Of a stretch of 64,000 bases of DNA, positions 36,750-50,450 are shown piece by piece. The DNA is from Stegostoma tigrinum. Lineage: Eukaryota. The stretch lies in assembly GCF_030684315.1 (NCBI RefSeq), contig NC_081374.1, positions 11,892,837 through 11,956,836 of the forward strand, read 5' to 3'. The notes beneath the pieces are model-generated. The model searched no databases and had not been told where the DNA came from. It saw only the letters and a program-made list of their open reading frames with translations. The first letter of the stretch is position 1. Every line of letters begins with the position of its first letter. A program made the position numbers and the translations under genes.

Positions 36750-38399
36750 ATGAATGAAAGTGTCACAGTGCTTCCAACGTTGAGAGTTGTGGCACCACAT
36801 TCAGCACATACTCATCATACCATGTACACACCCCCCATAATATAACAGCTCTCAGTAGTCAGATGTGGCTGTTTATCAAACGCTCGTCTCTAAGGCAGAA
36901 TGTTATGGATTTACTTCCGGGCTTTGTCAAATAACTCAAACTAGCATTTCAATTCCCCTGAGGGAATGCCACCTCTTAGGTTAACCCACATCTCCGTCTG
37001 ACATCTGAATGGGTTGCAAAATGTTTGCTACATTCAAAGGTATGAACTTAATTGTGAAAGGGAAAGCAGCTTAAGATTTTGTTAGGTGAAGACTTTACAT
37101 AGGTGGTAGGTCTCCTCAATCACTTAATAACTATGTCTATTTTACAAACACAACATGTGCATGATTCTAACATGAGGTAGATTACACATTTCTGATGACA
37201 TGATCCTCTTTCCATTAAAACTCACTTGTGGATTCCTCCTCCCACTGTCAATAAAGGTGAATGGTGCATCAAGGATTACCCTGACTATAACCAGGCAGTG
37301 GCTAGTACCACTGTGCATGCAATTTTCATTTCTCTTGAACTCAGTTAATGCCTTCCTCTGAGGGTAAGTAATTCCAAAGTTAAATGCACCCAGGGCATTT
37401 TGAAAGGAGAATTAATTTATCTTTTCATCCGTGAAGACAAATCCTGAATTTTTGTTCAGACTATTTGAAGCTAACTTCTGTAATTACACTGGCCTTGGAA
37501 ATTGTTGAACTTGCTGATGAGGCCACCCAACAAGAGAATGGTTCCTCTCAAGAGCAAAGAGCTGACTTCATGACGAGTATCACCAGCAGGACGCTACCAT
37601 CAAGTGAAAAAATATTCCTTCAATAATGTTTGTACACCAAAGAGTAATGTGGAATATGAAGTACAATGTTGGTGCGTTACTAAGTGTGTAGAACATATGG
37701 CAGATCATATGAACAGCATATCCCTTCAGCTGTTTGCAACAGGCAATATACTGGGTGGGAGTCTGTGCCAGTAAGGATAAACGTCAAAAACTACATTCAA
37801 CATCAGATATGATTCCATAATTGCACAACATTTCCTGAACAAATCTGAATGTGCAAAGAATTTCTCTGGCAGCTAATTTTAAATTGTTCAGTTCCACACA
37901 CAGTGTGGTGCAGTTGTGTGGATGAGAAATGACATACATAAATATACAATGCCCTATTTGCTGACAGAAAGAAAATGCAAGTGCATTGCATCTTATTTTC
38001 CTTTAAAGAAGATGTGACAGCTGTTATTTTATTAGTTTGTCAGGACAATGCATGGACCAGTCATTGTCAATTTTCTTGGTGAAGTGTTGTATCCTTTTTT
38101 TAAAAATCCAATTAGTCAATGTGTCATATCTCAACTGCTGTTTCTTAATGAATACAATAAACTTTCTGAAATTTACTCACAAATGCCTGATATTCTGTGT
38201 TAAGTCGCTATTACAATAAAGCACCAAAATCTAAAAGATGGTATCAGGTATTAGAGTAGGCAATGACCAGGCAGTATTTATTTCTTGATAATTAATCCAG
38301 AAATTCAGCAAATATTTTGGCGACCCAGGTTTGGTGGAATGTGAATTTAATAAAATAAAGCTGGAATTTAAAAATCTATTAAAATCTATTTAAAAACTT

Positions 38400-39475
38400 G
38401 TTGTACAGTCAGGAGGGAGTTGCCCTGAATGTCCTCAACACTGAGTCTGGATGCCAGGAAGTCTCATGGCTTCAAATTAAAGATAGGAAAGGACAGCTCC
38501 TGCTGATTGCCACATACCGTCCTCCCTCGGCAGATGAACCAGTATTCTTCCATGTTGAACAGCAAGTGGAGGAAACACTGAGCTTGCCAAGGGTGCAAAC
38601 TATACTCTTGGTGGGGAATTCCAATCTCCATCACCGAGAGACGCTGAGAAGCAACACTATTGATTGAGTTGGTCAGGTCCTAAAAGTCATGCCTGCTCGA
38701 TTTGATCTGGGCAAATGCTGAGGGAACTGGCAAGAAGCAAAATAACATACTTTCCTTCCTTCTTACCAACCTACTGGCTGCAGATGCATTTATCCATGAT
38801 AGCTTCAGTAGGAGTGAGCACAGCACTCCCTTGTGCAGCAAAGTCCCACCTTCCTGCCTCAAGAATAACCTCTATCATGGGTGGCACTATTACCATGCTA
38901 AATAGGACAGACATTGAACAGATCTAGCAAATCAAGGCTGGTCATCCATCAGGCACTGTGGGCCATCAATGGTCACAGAATTGTACTCCACTGCAATCTG
39001 CAACCTCTTGGCCCACCATATCCTCCACTTAACCATTACCATCAAGGCAGAGGTCAACCCTGGCTCAATGGAGAGAGCATGAGGGAATGCCAGGAGCAGA
39101 CCAGGCATACCGAAAAATGCGGTGTCACCTCATGAAGCTCCCAAGCAGGAATTTGTACCGAATAGCACAAGCAACATGTGATAGACAGACCTTAGCAATC
39201 CCACAAACAATGGGTCAGATTTAAGCTCTGCCAGAGCCAGTCATAAATGGCAGTGGGCAATTATATACACAGTGGAGAAGGACATTCCACAAATACACCC
39301 ATCTTCAATGATGGTAGAGCCCAACACATCAGTACAACAGATATAGCTGAACATTTTGCAGCTATCTTCAGCCAGAAATGCTGATTCATGTCGGCCTCAT
39401 CCAAAGGTTCCCAACATTACAGATACAAGTCTTCAGCTAATTCAGTTCACTCCATGTGACATCAAGAAACATGTA
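38400..39475 (+). mobile_element. Degenerate LINE ORF2 (apurinic-type endonuclease region)
   Basis: EVSWLQIK...LLLIATYRPPS...LVGNSNLHH resembles the YRPP and GDFN motifs. Confidence 0.75.
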
Positions 39476-41049
39476 TTTACTTAGATATTGGAGACTCTTA
39501 GAGTCAATGTGCTGTACGCAAACCTACGGTGCCCTTACAGAAGGAACTGAAGGATTTTGATGCAGTGACACTGAAGAAACAGTGTGTAATTTCAAAGTCA
39601 GGATGGTGAGCAGCTTGGAGGGGCACTTGTTGCTTTTGGTGTTCCTATGTATCTACTGCCCTTATTCTTTGAGATGGAAGTGGCTATATGTTTGGAAGTT
39701 GCTGTCTCAGGGTCTTAGGTGAATTTCAGCAGTGTACCTTGTATATAATACACACTACTGGTATTGAGCATTGATGGTGGAGGGAGTGAATGCTTATCTA
39801 TGTGATGTCAATTAAGCAGGCTTTTTTGTCCTTAATGGTGTCAAACCTGTTGGGTGTTGTTGGAGCTGTCCCCATCCAAGCAAGTGGGAAGTAGTCCATC
39901 AAACTCCTGACTTGTGCCCTGAAGATAATGAACAGTCTTCAAGGAATCAACAGGTGAGTTACCCACTGCAGTACTCCTTGCATCTGTCATTAACCACTGA
40001 CTTTATATGGTTAGCCCATTTCAGTATCTGGTCCACGGTAATGCCTAGGATGTTAATAATAGGGATTCAGTGAAGGAAGAACCATTGAATGTCAAGAGAC
40101 AGTGGTCAGATTGTCTCTTTTTAGAGCTGGGCATTGTGTGGTGTCAATATTTCTTGCCGTTTGTAAGCCCAGGTTTGGACCTTCTCCAGATCTGGTTGCA
40201 TTTGAGCACGGACTGTTTCAGTATCTGAGAAGTTGTGACTAATGCTGAACATTATGCAAGCATTCGTGAGTATCCCCATCTCTGACTTTGTGGTGGAGTC
40301 TGGTTGCCAAAGATGGAGCAAAAGATATATTGAGGATATTGGTGGAATGTGAGAAACATTGTGGAGGAGCCTCTGAGGAAGTTCAGAGTGATAAGATTAA
40401 GCGAAAAACAATCCAGAATGAGCTACCCTCAGGCACTTTGCTGCATACCTTAGAGCTCAATAAATCTACAAAGGGTCAAAGAAACAAGTTATGAAGTTGC
40501 AATTTGAAGATGCAATGGCTGCTTTGGGACAATTAATTCAACATCAAAGTATTACATCCTATGAAGCAGATCACACCCCTTCTGTAACCAACATTCGACA
40601 TCTCCAGACATAAATTAGCCATAGCAACCCACGACAGCTGCAAGCTCTCCTACTGAGCAAAATCGTTTTTACACATGCTATAAGAGCCAGTTCTGCGCTG
40701 ATTTCAGGCTTTATTTATTTGATTTCTTTAATTTCTTTAAACCTATTTATTATTATTGTTATCACTGTATCTCAGTACATGCGAGCAGTGTTGTTTTGCA
40801 TTTCCTACAGGCAGATCGTAACGTAATGAGATTGCCTATATTCATACCAATATTAATGGGACGATGCAGTTGAAAGCAAACCTTCACTGACTCAGCTGCC
40901 TCTTGGAACAAAACACAGTTGGTATGTGCGGTCACATGGACGATGGCAACAACTAAGCCTACGGGAAGTGAATTGGGAAATCTCTTCGCGGTTAAAGAGG
41001 ATCTCACACTGTACAGTGTGCTTTGGGTCCTGAGGGAGGAACAGGAGAT

Positions 41050-41560
41050 TGCAATAGAAAGTGTCATAGAAAGTGTCATCTTGTTTAGATGCAGCACATC
41101 ATGGTTTGGCAACTGCTCTTCCCGAGACCGCAAGGAACTACAGAGAGTTGTGACCAGAGACCAGTCTATCACACAAACCAGCCTCCCATCCATTGAGTCA
41201 ATCTATACTTCCCACTGCCTCAGCAAAGCAGCCAACATAATTAAAGACCCCTCCCAAACCGGGTTATACACTCTTCTGCACTCTTCCATCAGGCAAAAGA
41301 TCTAAAAATTAGCATACATGTATGGAAATTTTCTAGAACATCTACTTTCCCTCTGTAATTAAGTTGTAATTATGTTGAACAAACTCTCAAAAATTAATGA
41401 TGATCTCTCTCTCTGCACCTTCTCTGTGGCTGTAACACTGCGTGCTGCGTTGTGTTCTGCTGCCCTGATGCACTTTGAATGCTACGATCTTCATGTATAG
41501 CACACAAAACAACACTTTTCACTGTGTCTCAGTATATGTACCAACAGTAAATCAATCAAT
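41050..41560 (+). mobile_element. Rex1/Babar-like LINE 3' end
   Basis: IESVI..CSTSWFGNCSSRDRKELQRVV...LPSIESIY..CLSKAANIIKDPS; (aatc)n tail. Confidence 0.75.
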
Positions 41561-43003
41561 ATATAAAAGTCCTAACATTCTTCTCCTTGCAAACAAATGA
41601 GTAATGTTTCAGAGAGTGATGATTTTAAGGTGGATTGTCCAAGCTGCACGTTTCTGAAATTTAAAAAGAAAATTGAAGCAGGACATTATGACAAAAGGCC
41701 ATTTGAGAAACAAAAGAATGAAATAAGAATAGAGCTGGATGAATGCAGCAGGCCAAGCAGCGTCAGAGAGGAGCTTTCCTGCTCCTCTGATGCTGCTTGG
41801 CCTGCTGTGTTCATCCACCTCTACACCTTGTTATCTCAGATTCTCCAGCATCGGCAGTTCCTACGATCTCTGAAACAAGAATAGCATTGGAGGAAGAGGT
41901 TATTGTTTTCCACTCTCTGGAATGTGATATGTTGGATGGATATCATTCTTTTGGTGATTTGTGCTGTTTCTGTCACAGTGTAGTCGACAAGGCAATATCA
42001 GGTGAGGATTATAATTCATTTATAATTATATTAATATATAATTATTCTGAGCACCTTGTAAGTACTCCAACTATTTCAAATAGGTCGCTCACAGATATTG
42101 TAAAGAAGAAAACTTGTATTTATTTCAATCCTTCCATGTCCTCAGGATGCAACAAACCATTTAACCGATCATGTGAGCAATTTTTGAAATATTGCTGATG
42201 TTGCCAAGGAAACATCAAGTGAATACCTGGTCAGAATAGCATCAGGCTTCTCGATCCTTGTCAATAGCTGCCCCATTAAGAAATGATCAGCTTTCTTAAT
42301 TTAAAATGACTCTGACTGATAAGTCAAAGTTTTACTTCGTCATTGAAGATATTTTCAATGAATTGTACAGATCTCAAGACATACCAAATGCCTTAAATTA
42401 ATTGAGTTTATTTGCACCGTTACTGTCATTATGCAGCAGAAGTAGCAGACATTTTGCAGATGGGAAAGTCTTAAAAAAGGGAGGGAAATGGATTCCCAGA
42501 TAATACCTGCTCCGGCTGGTAAACTGAACAAACTCTCTGGCTCCTCTTTAAATAGTCTTTTATACATCTATCTGATCATACAGTTGGGACTCACAGCTAG
42601 TGTTTTGTCTGACAGAAGGGTAGATCTCTACAGTGTTGAATTCAGCCTAGATTATGTATTGTCCCTGGTGAAAGGTTCCAACCCGGTTACAGAGATCTGT
42701 GTGGCTTTTCTTTCAAATTGGGGCCATTGGAGACACTTATCAACTTCACAACAAAGGCAGGAGTAGATCACCCATTTTAGAATGTAAATTGCTTGGCAGG
42801 AGAGCACCAATTTCTGCAGAAAAATCAAAAATAGGAGCAGGTGTAGGCCATTCAGCCCTTCAACTCTTTCCCCATTCACCTGACATGGAGAACTAGCCCT
42901 CCGTATTAGACTGCTGTCGTACATAGAGTGTGACTAGAGAGTTGGAATTGCTTTACTGTGACTATCTCCAGATTCCTATTAGAGTAGATAAGGACATCCA
43001 GCC

Positions 43004-43920
43004 TGTTACAGAGGGGTAATCACCCAAAACTTCTAACAATTAAACAGAAACACAAGCCCCAGTCTGTTATGTTCTCCACTTTACAAATAACAAGAAACAA
43101 TTTATTTGTTTAACCCGAACAACGAACAAATTAACAGAATTACTCACAAACTGAACAATTTCCCCTAAGTACTAATTATTCCTGAACTGAACTAAATTCT
43201 AATGGAATGCTATTTGAATGAACATATTCCCATTTATATAAACTCAATTAATAAGAAAACAGTAAATAAAACTTTATCTCTCCAAACTCACAGAGACTGT
43301 GTTCTTTCTGGAACTCTGCTGCAAATGTCTTTCTTCTGCCAAATCTGCTGTTAAAAGGGCTTCTCTGCAACTTTGTCAATACGGTCTTTAACATAATTTG
43401 CTGTGGGACTTTTGATGTGTCTTTTCAGGGAGCTGATGGAATTTGTGAGAGCTGGGCTTAAACTTCGTTTCGCTGTAGCTCACTCTTCCAATCACAGTTG
43501 GCTGTCTTCCGATTGTCAAAAATGCCTTCATCTTTATACCAGTAATGACATAATAACATGATTTATGTATGAATAGTTCAAAATTGTCAACACCATCAGA
43601 TTTAAATTCAATTGGCTTTCTGTATCTAAGTGCTTGTTTTAAATTAATTGGCCAAATTTATACTCATTGTAACAACATCCAAACATGACTGCTGTTTTGT
43701 CTGCCATCTGTAAGGCTTTTTTGTCGATACACTTATTCTATTTTTTGAGGCTCTCTGTCCGAGCAACCTCCAGATGCTGCTCACAAACACACTTTAAAAA
43801 AAAATCTCTAAGCACAAAAAAGCGTCATCACTCCTTCCCCCACTATCATTTTTACCGACAAATTCTAGCTTCCTGCCTTCCGAATCACAAGTACTTTACA
43901 ACTTCACAACACAACTGACT
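43004..43920 (-). mobile_element. LTR with an adjacent polypurine tract (LTR retroelement 3' remnant)
   Basis: On the minus strand gggggaaggag (43831-43841) directly precedes TG...CA (43830-43004). A related copy lies at ~50620-51470. Confidence 0.5.
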
Positions 43921-44214
43921 GAATACCACAGGTACAGGGCCAAACTGTGTATTAAAGGAAGGACACACAGGACCAAGGTGCAGATCTCCATCCATGGTCA
44001 ACCTCATCTCAAGCCATGATGGCAGAACAGCGAGCATCAGTTATAGGTGCCTGATGCTGGGAATTGATAAAACCGCAGAGTTAACGTTTTGCATGTGTTG
44101 ACTGTTCCTCAGAACGAAGAAGGGCTACTGGACCCAAAACGTTAACTCTGTTTTTTGCTTCACAGATGCTGCATGACATGTTGACCTTTTCCAGCATCTT
44201 TGTTTTTATTCAAA

Positions 44215-47200
44215 ATTTTGAGATCGGAAGAAAATGTTTCCACATTTATTGCACATTTTGATATTCATCACAGATTGACACTGTAAGAAAATGTGTGAAT
44301 ATGCCCAAGGAAAATGTATGATAGAAACACACGAATGTACAATGAGCCTCAGTGTTAGCTCCTTTTCTGTGCACATTGGAGAGGTGCTGACTTGGTGCAG
44401 GACCTGCTGGAGGCTGACATCATGGTTCCTGGTCCATTTAAAGAACATCATTTGATGCAGATGGAACAAGCAGCGGACAGATGCTTAGGAGTCCTGCCTG
44501 AGCTTTATGCGGTTTATGAACGACAAAAATGATAGTGGAAAGATGAGAGAAGCTTTATCGACTAATTTGCAGGGTAGATTCTAAAGCGCAAGAAGCAGAG
44601 CTATCAATTTAATCGTGCCGTAAATTGGAGCTAAAGTTCCTAATCTCAGAACATTTACATATTGTCCAGGAACTGTCCAACAAATAGTGCAGGAGTCAAG
44701 GAACGTGCCACCAAATGTTATAGCAGGGACATTACACTACTCTTCCAATAGACTATAGACAATAGGTGCTGGAGTAGGCCATTCGGCCCTTTGAGCCAGC
44801 ACCACTGTTCATTATGATCATGGCTGATCATCCACAATCAGTATCCTGTTCTTGCCTTATCCACATAACCCTGGATTCCACTCTCTTTAAGAGCTCTATC
44901 CATCTCTTTCTTGAAACTATCCAGAGACTTGGCCTCCACGGCCTTCTGGGGCAGAGCATTCCATATATCCACCACTCTCTGGGTGAAGAGGTTTTTCCAC
45001 GACCCTGGTCTAAATGGCCTACCCCTTATTTTTAAACTGTGTCCTCTGGTCCTGGACTAACCCATCAGCGGAAACATGCTTCCTGCCTCCAGAGTGTCCA
45101 ATCCCTTAATAATCTTATACATCTCAATCAGATCCCCTCTCATCCTTCTAAACTCAAGTGTATACAAGCCCAGTCGCTCCAATCTTCCAAAGGCCTTCAA
45201 GCAACAAAATAATATTTGTCAATCAAAAATGATCTCTTTAGCCCAAACAAACTAGATTTAACTTCTCCTTATAAATATTCAATGCCTTACCCTCAGCTAC
45301 TTTGTGTGGCAGAGAACTGTATCAGCTCACCACTGTCTGGGTTAAGAATTATCCACACATCTCAGGCCTCATCTCAACATCCTCCCCGACCCGAAAACCA
45401 ATCCACCGGTTTTAATCAGGGTCTGCTAGACACCTGGGATTGTCCTCCTCTATCACTGGTAAAAGCCCCGAGCCTGTGGAGAAAGCCCTTTGGCAAACCA
45501 CAAACCATACCTACAGGCATTGTAACGCTGTGCGGGCAGCCATTGCCTACAGCTCATTAAAGAGATAGAACTGGGTCACCTGCAGCAATATGTCTGCAGC
45601 TACTGACAGAAATGTTCAGTGGAGAGGCATTCTGGAAAGACAGGGAGGGGACAGTTTTCTTAGAGCCCACATCACTGTTAATAAACTGGACATTGTGGGT
45701 GGGGCACTCTGTGTCATTCAAGGCTGTACTGAATGTTTTCACAATGAGCCCTTTGATTACTGTCTCTGTGAAGGTAACCTCCTGGGACAGGTTCGTGTAC
45801 ATGTTGTGGTGGATCACTGCACAATTCCAGAGCAACTGGGATGTCCATCCTGATGAGGGAGGGTTTTTGTGGCAGGCCTAGGCCCTGCAATTGTTGGTCT
45901 CAGAAGAATGGTCTTTTAAAAATGGCTGAATGCCTGCCAACCAGGGTATGGCTTTGACACTGAAAAAGTCACATAACAGGATTCCTGACAATTTGAACAA
46001 ATACTCCTCACTTTGTTACAAAGTGCTGCATTCACTGTTTCCTCACAGAGTCAAATTGACACACACAGCCCTCTCAGTAAGATGAAGGTTTCCACCTCTG
46101 GCTCCATGTTTAAAGCCCAGCAGTGTAACAGGTCAATCACTGCCAGCCAAGAATAGCCCTTCGCAGCATACGGGCTGGGGCTGGGAAAGAAGAAAGAAGC
46201 GTTTCTGAGTGCGCATTGCCGGTGCGCTGTGAACCTTTCGTGAGAATCCAATCTCAAATTCATAAATGATTTGCCACATGCCACTACAAACTGTAACAAA
46301 CTAGCAACACACGGTTGTTGCCCTGAGCATGATTCCAAATTACAGTCCTCTAGGAGGCAGTGCAATTCTTTCCCTCACATCCACATAGCACACAACTTGT
46401 CATTGTACAGTGTGAAGGCTGCACATGAGGCAAAACCTTCAAATTGTTGGAAATGGATGCAGGTTCAAACAACAGGAAAGTAATGCAAAAAGAAGTTGCA
46501 TCTGTGCCTGGCAGTGAACAGGAGCCATTTGCCTTTCAAGCAGCAACAAATTTACACTCAATAGATGATCACCCCTCAAATGAGTTCCATCTGAATCCTG
46601 TATTCATTAAATCCTCACCAGCTCTTCAGCATTCATTCAAAATCAGACTTATATTTTCTTGCTGTCGAAGATTTAATGTTTTAATCTTGGCACATTTTCC
46701 AACTGATTCTACAGTGCCCATGTCTTTCAGGGTCTGGGAGATCTCTGCTCTCTATTTCTGCTCTCTATTTCTGAGCCTCAGATACTGATGACCTCACGGC
46801 AGAGGGATTTCATCCACACTGGGGTAATAACGCCCAAATGTTTCTAAGTGTTCTACAGGAGATTACCCAATGTACTGTTTCTGTTTCCCAGACAGAGCAT
46901 TGCGATGGTCCTCACTGGTTCAGTCTCTGGGTAACAACTCCAGTGACTCTCCTTCTATATTAAGCATTAAGGTGGGAGCATTGCCTTCAGCATTGTGGGT
47001 GGGGGTTAGCAGGGGTGGTACAGGGTGTCAGCCCCTTTGATCTTCTCAACGATGAAACCCAGCATGATTCACCAGGCTCACTCATCATCAACCATATCTT
47101 AGGAAATACAAAGCCCCATGTCAGGCAGTTCACCAGAGGGACCCTAATCTTGGAATTGAAGCTCACTCCCAGTTCCTCAATCACAGTTCGCTTCTCCCAG

Positions 47201-47690
47201 AATTGTTTCTCTGCCAGGTGTGTTTATTTTTGCCCAAAATTGTCCTCATTATTTGTTGATGTGCATCTTCTCCTTCTCCGGTACACCTACGTGTTCAGAT
47301 CCTACAGAATAATTATTTAGCATAAACAAGAGTCACATTACGTAAAAAGCAAAATTATTGGTAGAACTTTGATGCTTATGGCAGAACAAATTTTCACAAA
47401 ACGAGTCTATTAATTTCATTAAATGTTGATATTTTTGAACATGGGAGAATAAGCCAATTGTCACTCACTTGAAAATTCAGTATACTTGATTTCATAACTT
47501 TCTTTCCTTGGAGAGAAAATTAATTCAGGTGTTCTACTGAAACTTAGCTCACAGGAGACTAATGCCTTCAGTGTGAGATTTTTATCATGTAGTTTACTGT
47601 GGTTTTGTAATCTTTTCTTCTCATATCCTCTTCCTTATTTCAGTGCTTGTAAACATTGCATTATGCACTGCACTATGAAAAACAAGAGCT
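44215..47690 (+). repeat. Upstream block and promoter, copy 2 (precedes G3)
   Basis: Colinear with 460-4230. Confidence 0.9.
44749..45182 (-). mobile_element. CR1 3' fragment with an 8-bp TSD
   Basis: tcttccaa at 44741-44748 and 45183-45190; the paralogous empty site has a single copy at 968-975. Confidence 0.88.
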
Positions 47691-47732
47691 GTAGGACTGA
47701 CATCAAGAATTGAAATGATCTTCTTGAATAAA

Positions 47733-47772
47733 ATGTTGCGGTGTTTGATTCTCCTCATCCATTTCATTCCCA
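47733..47772 (+). pseudogene. G3 leader exon
   Basis: MLRCLILLIHFIP A|gtgagtgacc; paralogous to 58219-58255. Confidence 0.8.
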
Positions 47773-48077
47773 GTGAGTGACCATTCAAGCTGCTTATTCA
47801 GATAATCAATGTTTGTTGACGTCTGCTGCCTGATTGTCCAGTAGAGATGTAAATATTTGGAGATATGTAAAGGCACAAATGAATATCTTGTGACACAGTG
47901 GGGAACATATTTATTGCTTTTACAGATGCTGAATGTTCGATTCACGCCCCAGCATATTTTGCAATGGAATGTGTATTCTGATAAACAGGTTCATTATTGA
48001 CCTGCAAATCCTCTGAACGTGCCCATGGCAGGGAGCAAGGGTGGGTGAGATTCCAGGTCAGCCTTATCCAAGGCAGG

Positions 48078-48682
48078 GTGAGATGATGCTGTCACTTTCA
48101 AAGGTTATTTTGTCCTGGTTTTGTTTTGAAGGGAGATTATAAAACAGAAGCATGTGTGTCAAATTTGTGAGGCCTCGTTTTTCTTCCAAATTTGGAACAA
48201 CTGAAGGAGTATGGGTGTGGCCACGTCTCACAGTCCAGGCTCTCTATTTTTGTACTTTTTAAGGTTCAGTTTCAAGCAGAAGCCATGAGGGTCTCAACAG
48301 AATTGGGGATCAGTGAATGTCTCCCAACTGGTCCACCCTCTGTGTCTTTACTTGATGATTTTTCCTCCTGGATTGGAGAACTACATGTGAGAATTTGTGT
48401 CTGAATTTTCCCTTCTGCCAAGTAGTGTGTTTATGAGATGTTACTATATTTGAACGGTTGATTAGTAACAGCTCCTGTATCTATTATTCGGTTAAGTTTT
48501 CCAATAGTTAAATTATTCTGCTTCCTCTTTCTTCACTTGTATTTTGACAATAGTGTTTAAATAAATGACCAGTTACATTGTATCTGCAGCATAGCATTTC
48601 ACATCTACTTTTAAAATAAGAACAAGTTAGGGTTGAGGCTACCTTCTTAAAATGTTTTGAGGGGTCTGGTCTGGTTCATAAC
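48078..48682. mobile_element. LTR-like insertion in G3 intron 1
   Basis: Absent at the paralogous G4 position (~58555); ends in cataaca. Confidence 0.4.
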
Positions 48683-49209
48683 ATGAGTGACAACTCTTAC
48701 ATTGCAGAAACTATCTTCAGGCTAGTGACCTATTCCAGGAAGAACAAGCTGCAGAACACAAATGCTTTGTCTGCCCCATGCATCTCTGAATATTGTAGTA
48801 TTTGAAGTTTTAAAGGAACAAAATTGTAAAAGTACATGAACAATGTCAGGAAATAATATTTTCAAAAGAAAGTATAATATCACAAAATGGGGTGTAGTTA
48901 CCAAATAGTTCAGAGCAGCAGTATTAATTCAGAATGAAATGCAAGTGACAATATGATTTTTTTTTAAAATAGTGACACAAGCAGCATCATCAAAACAAGA
49001 GCTCATTTTCGTCAATTGGAAGTTTTTTTATGTAGTCAGTTGTTCAATATACCAGAGTAGTAATAAGCCTTCAAAGAAATCACCTTGATTTTGTAATTAT
49101 TTACTTTATTTCTAAAATGCCGTTCATTAAATATTATTTTCTGAGAGGCTCCAAAACAAAAGCTGACAGTTGGTTTGTTTTCTGTTCCCATTTCCAGGGA
49201 GAGGCTAGC

Positions 49210-50450
49210 CTCTATTATCCACTACAAACCCATAGTTACCTTGACTATACATCCTCACCCCCTGCTTTCCGAAAAGATTCTGTTCCATTCTCCCAGTTCC
49301 TCTCTCTCCAACATATGTGTTCCAATGATGGCAGATTCAAGAAGGAGACGTCCCAAATATCCACCTTCACACTAACTGAGGATTCCCCAGGGTGGATCCC
49401 CCATGGTTGACTAGGCCCTCATCTGTTTCTGCCCCATCTCCCACACTTCACCCCTCACCACCTTTCTTCCCTCCCACAACAGCAATAGGGTCCCCATGTC
49501 CTCACCTACCATTCCACCAGCATCCACATCCAGAGGATCTTTAGACACCTTATACACTACCTTTAGCAGGAAGCTTCCATTACACTCATTCACCTCCTTC
49601 CACTTGTCACACTTCCAAAGGGCCCACTCCCTCTAAGAATACTGGTCCACTTCTCCTTCACTCCCAGTATGTTCCCACAAACCCACAATGCCTTCCCATG
49701 CAATCACAGAAGGTGGAACACCAAACAATTTGCTTCCACCTCACTATAAAAGGTCCCAGGCACACCTTTCAGGTGAAGCAGCACTTGACCTGTGCTGCAC
49801 TCAATCCCTGTCCACAGTATGATCTCCTCACAACTGGGGAGATGAAACGCAGACTGGGTGACTGCTTTGCAGAACACGTACATTTTGTCTGTGCAAATTA
49901 CCCCGAGTTTCCTGTTGTCTGCCATTTCAACACAACCACACTCCCTGGGCAACATCTCTGTCTCATACTTGCTACAGTGCTCCAGTGAAGCAAAGTTCAA
50001 GCTGAAAAAACTGCACCTCATTTTCTGCTTGGGGATCCTGCAGTCTTCAAGACTCAATATTGAGTTCAATCATTTTTACCACTTAGTACCTTCCCCCATG
50101 TCCTTACCCCAATCCCCAAACTCCAGGCTGTGACCAACACAGGCCATTGTCAACCACCAACAATCCCTACTATCAGTTATTGATTTGCCCAGGCTGAGTT
50201 TTACCCATTCCTTTGTCTGCCCGACTGTTTTAATGACTTCTGTCAGGGATCCATCTCCATATATTATTCAGCAACACCCCAACCCTTCCTCAAATATACA
50301 TACCAACCTTTTCCTAGCTACATCTAGTTTCTGAAGAAGGGTCACTGGATCTAAAATATGAACTCTGATTTCTCTCTACAGATGTTGCTTGACCTGCTGT
50401 TTCTCCACCACTTTCTGATTTCATTTCACCTTTCCAGCACCCACAGTTAT
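49210..50450 (+). mobile_element. Old degenerate Penelope (RT C-terminus plus GIY-YIG)
   Basis: HSYLDYTSSPP..DSVPFSQFL and GEMKRRLGDCFAEH peptides. Confidence 0.8.

Noticed and set aside
45862-45900. GGTTTTTGT, a perfect RSS nonamer, suggesting V(D)J-type rearrangement
   Set aside because: No heptamer at 12 or 23 bp, the paralogous copies differ, and the V exons are complete single exons with no flanking RSS.
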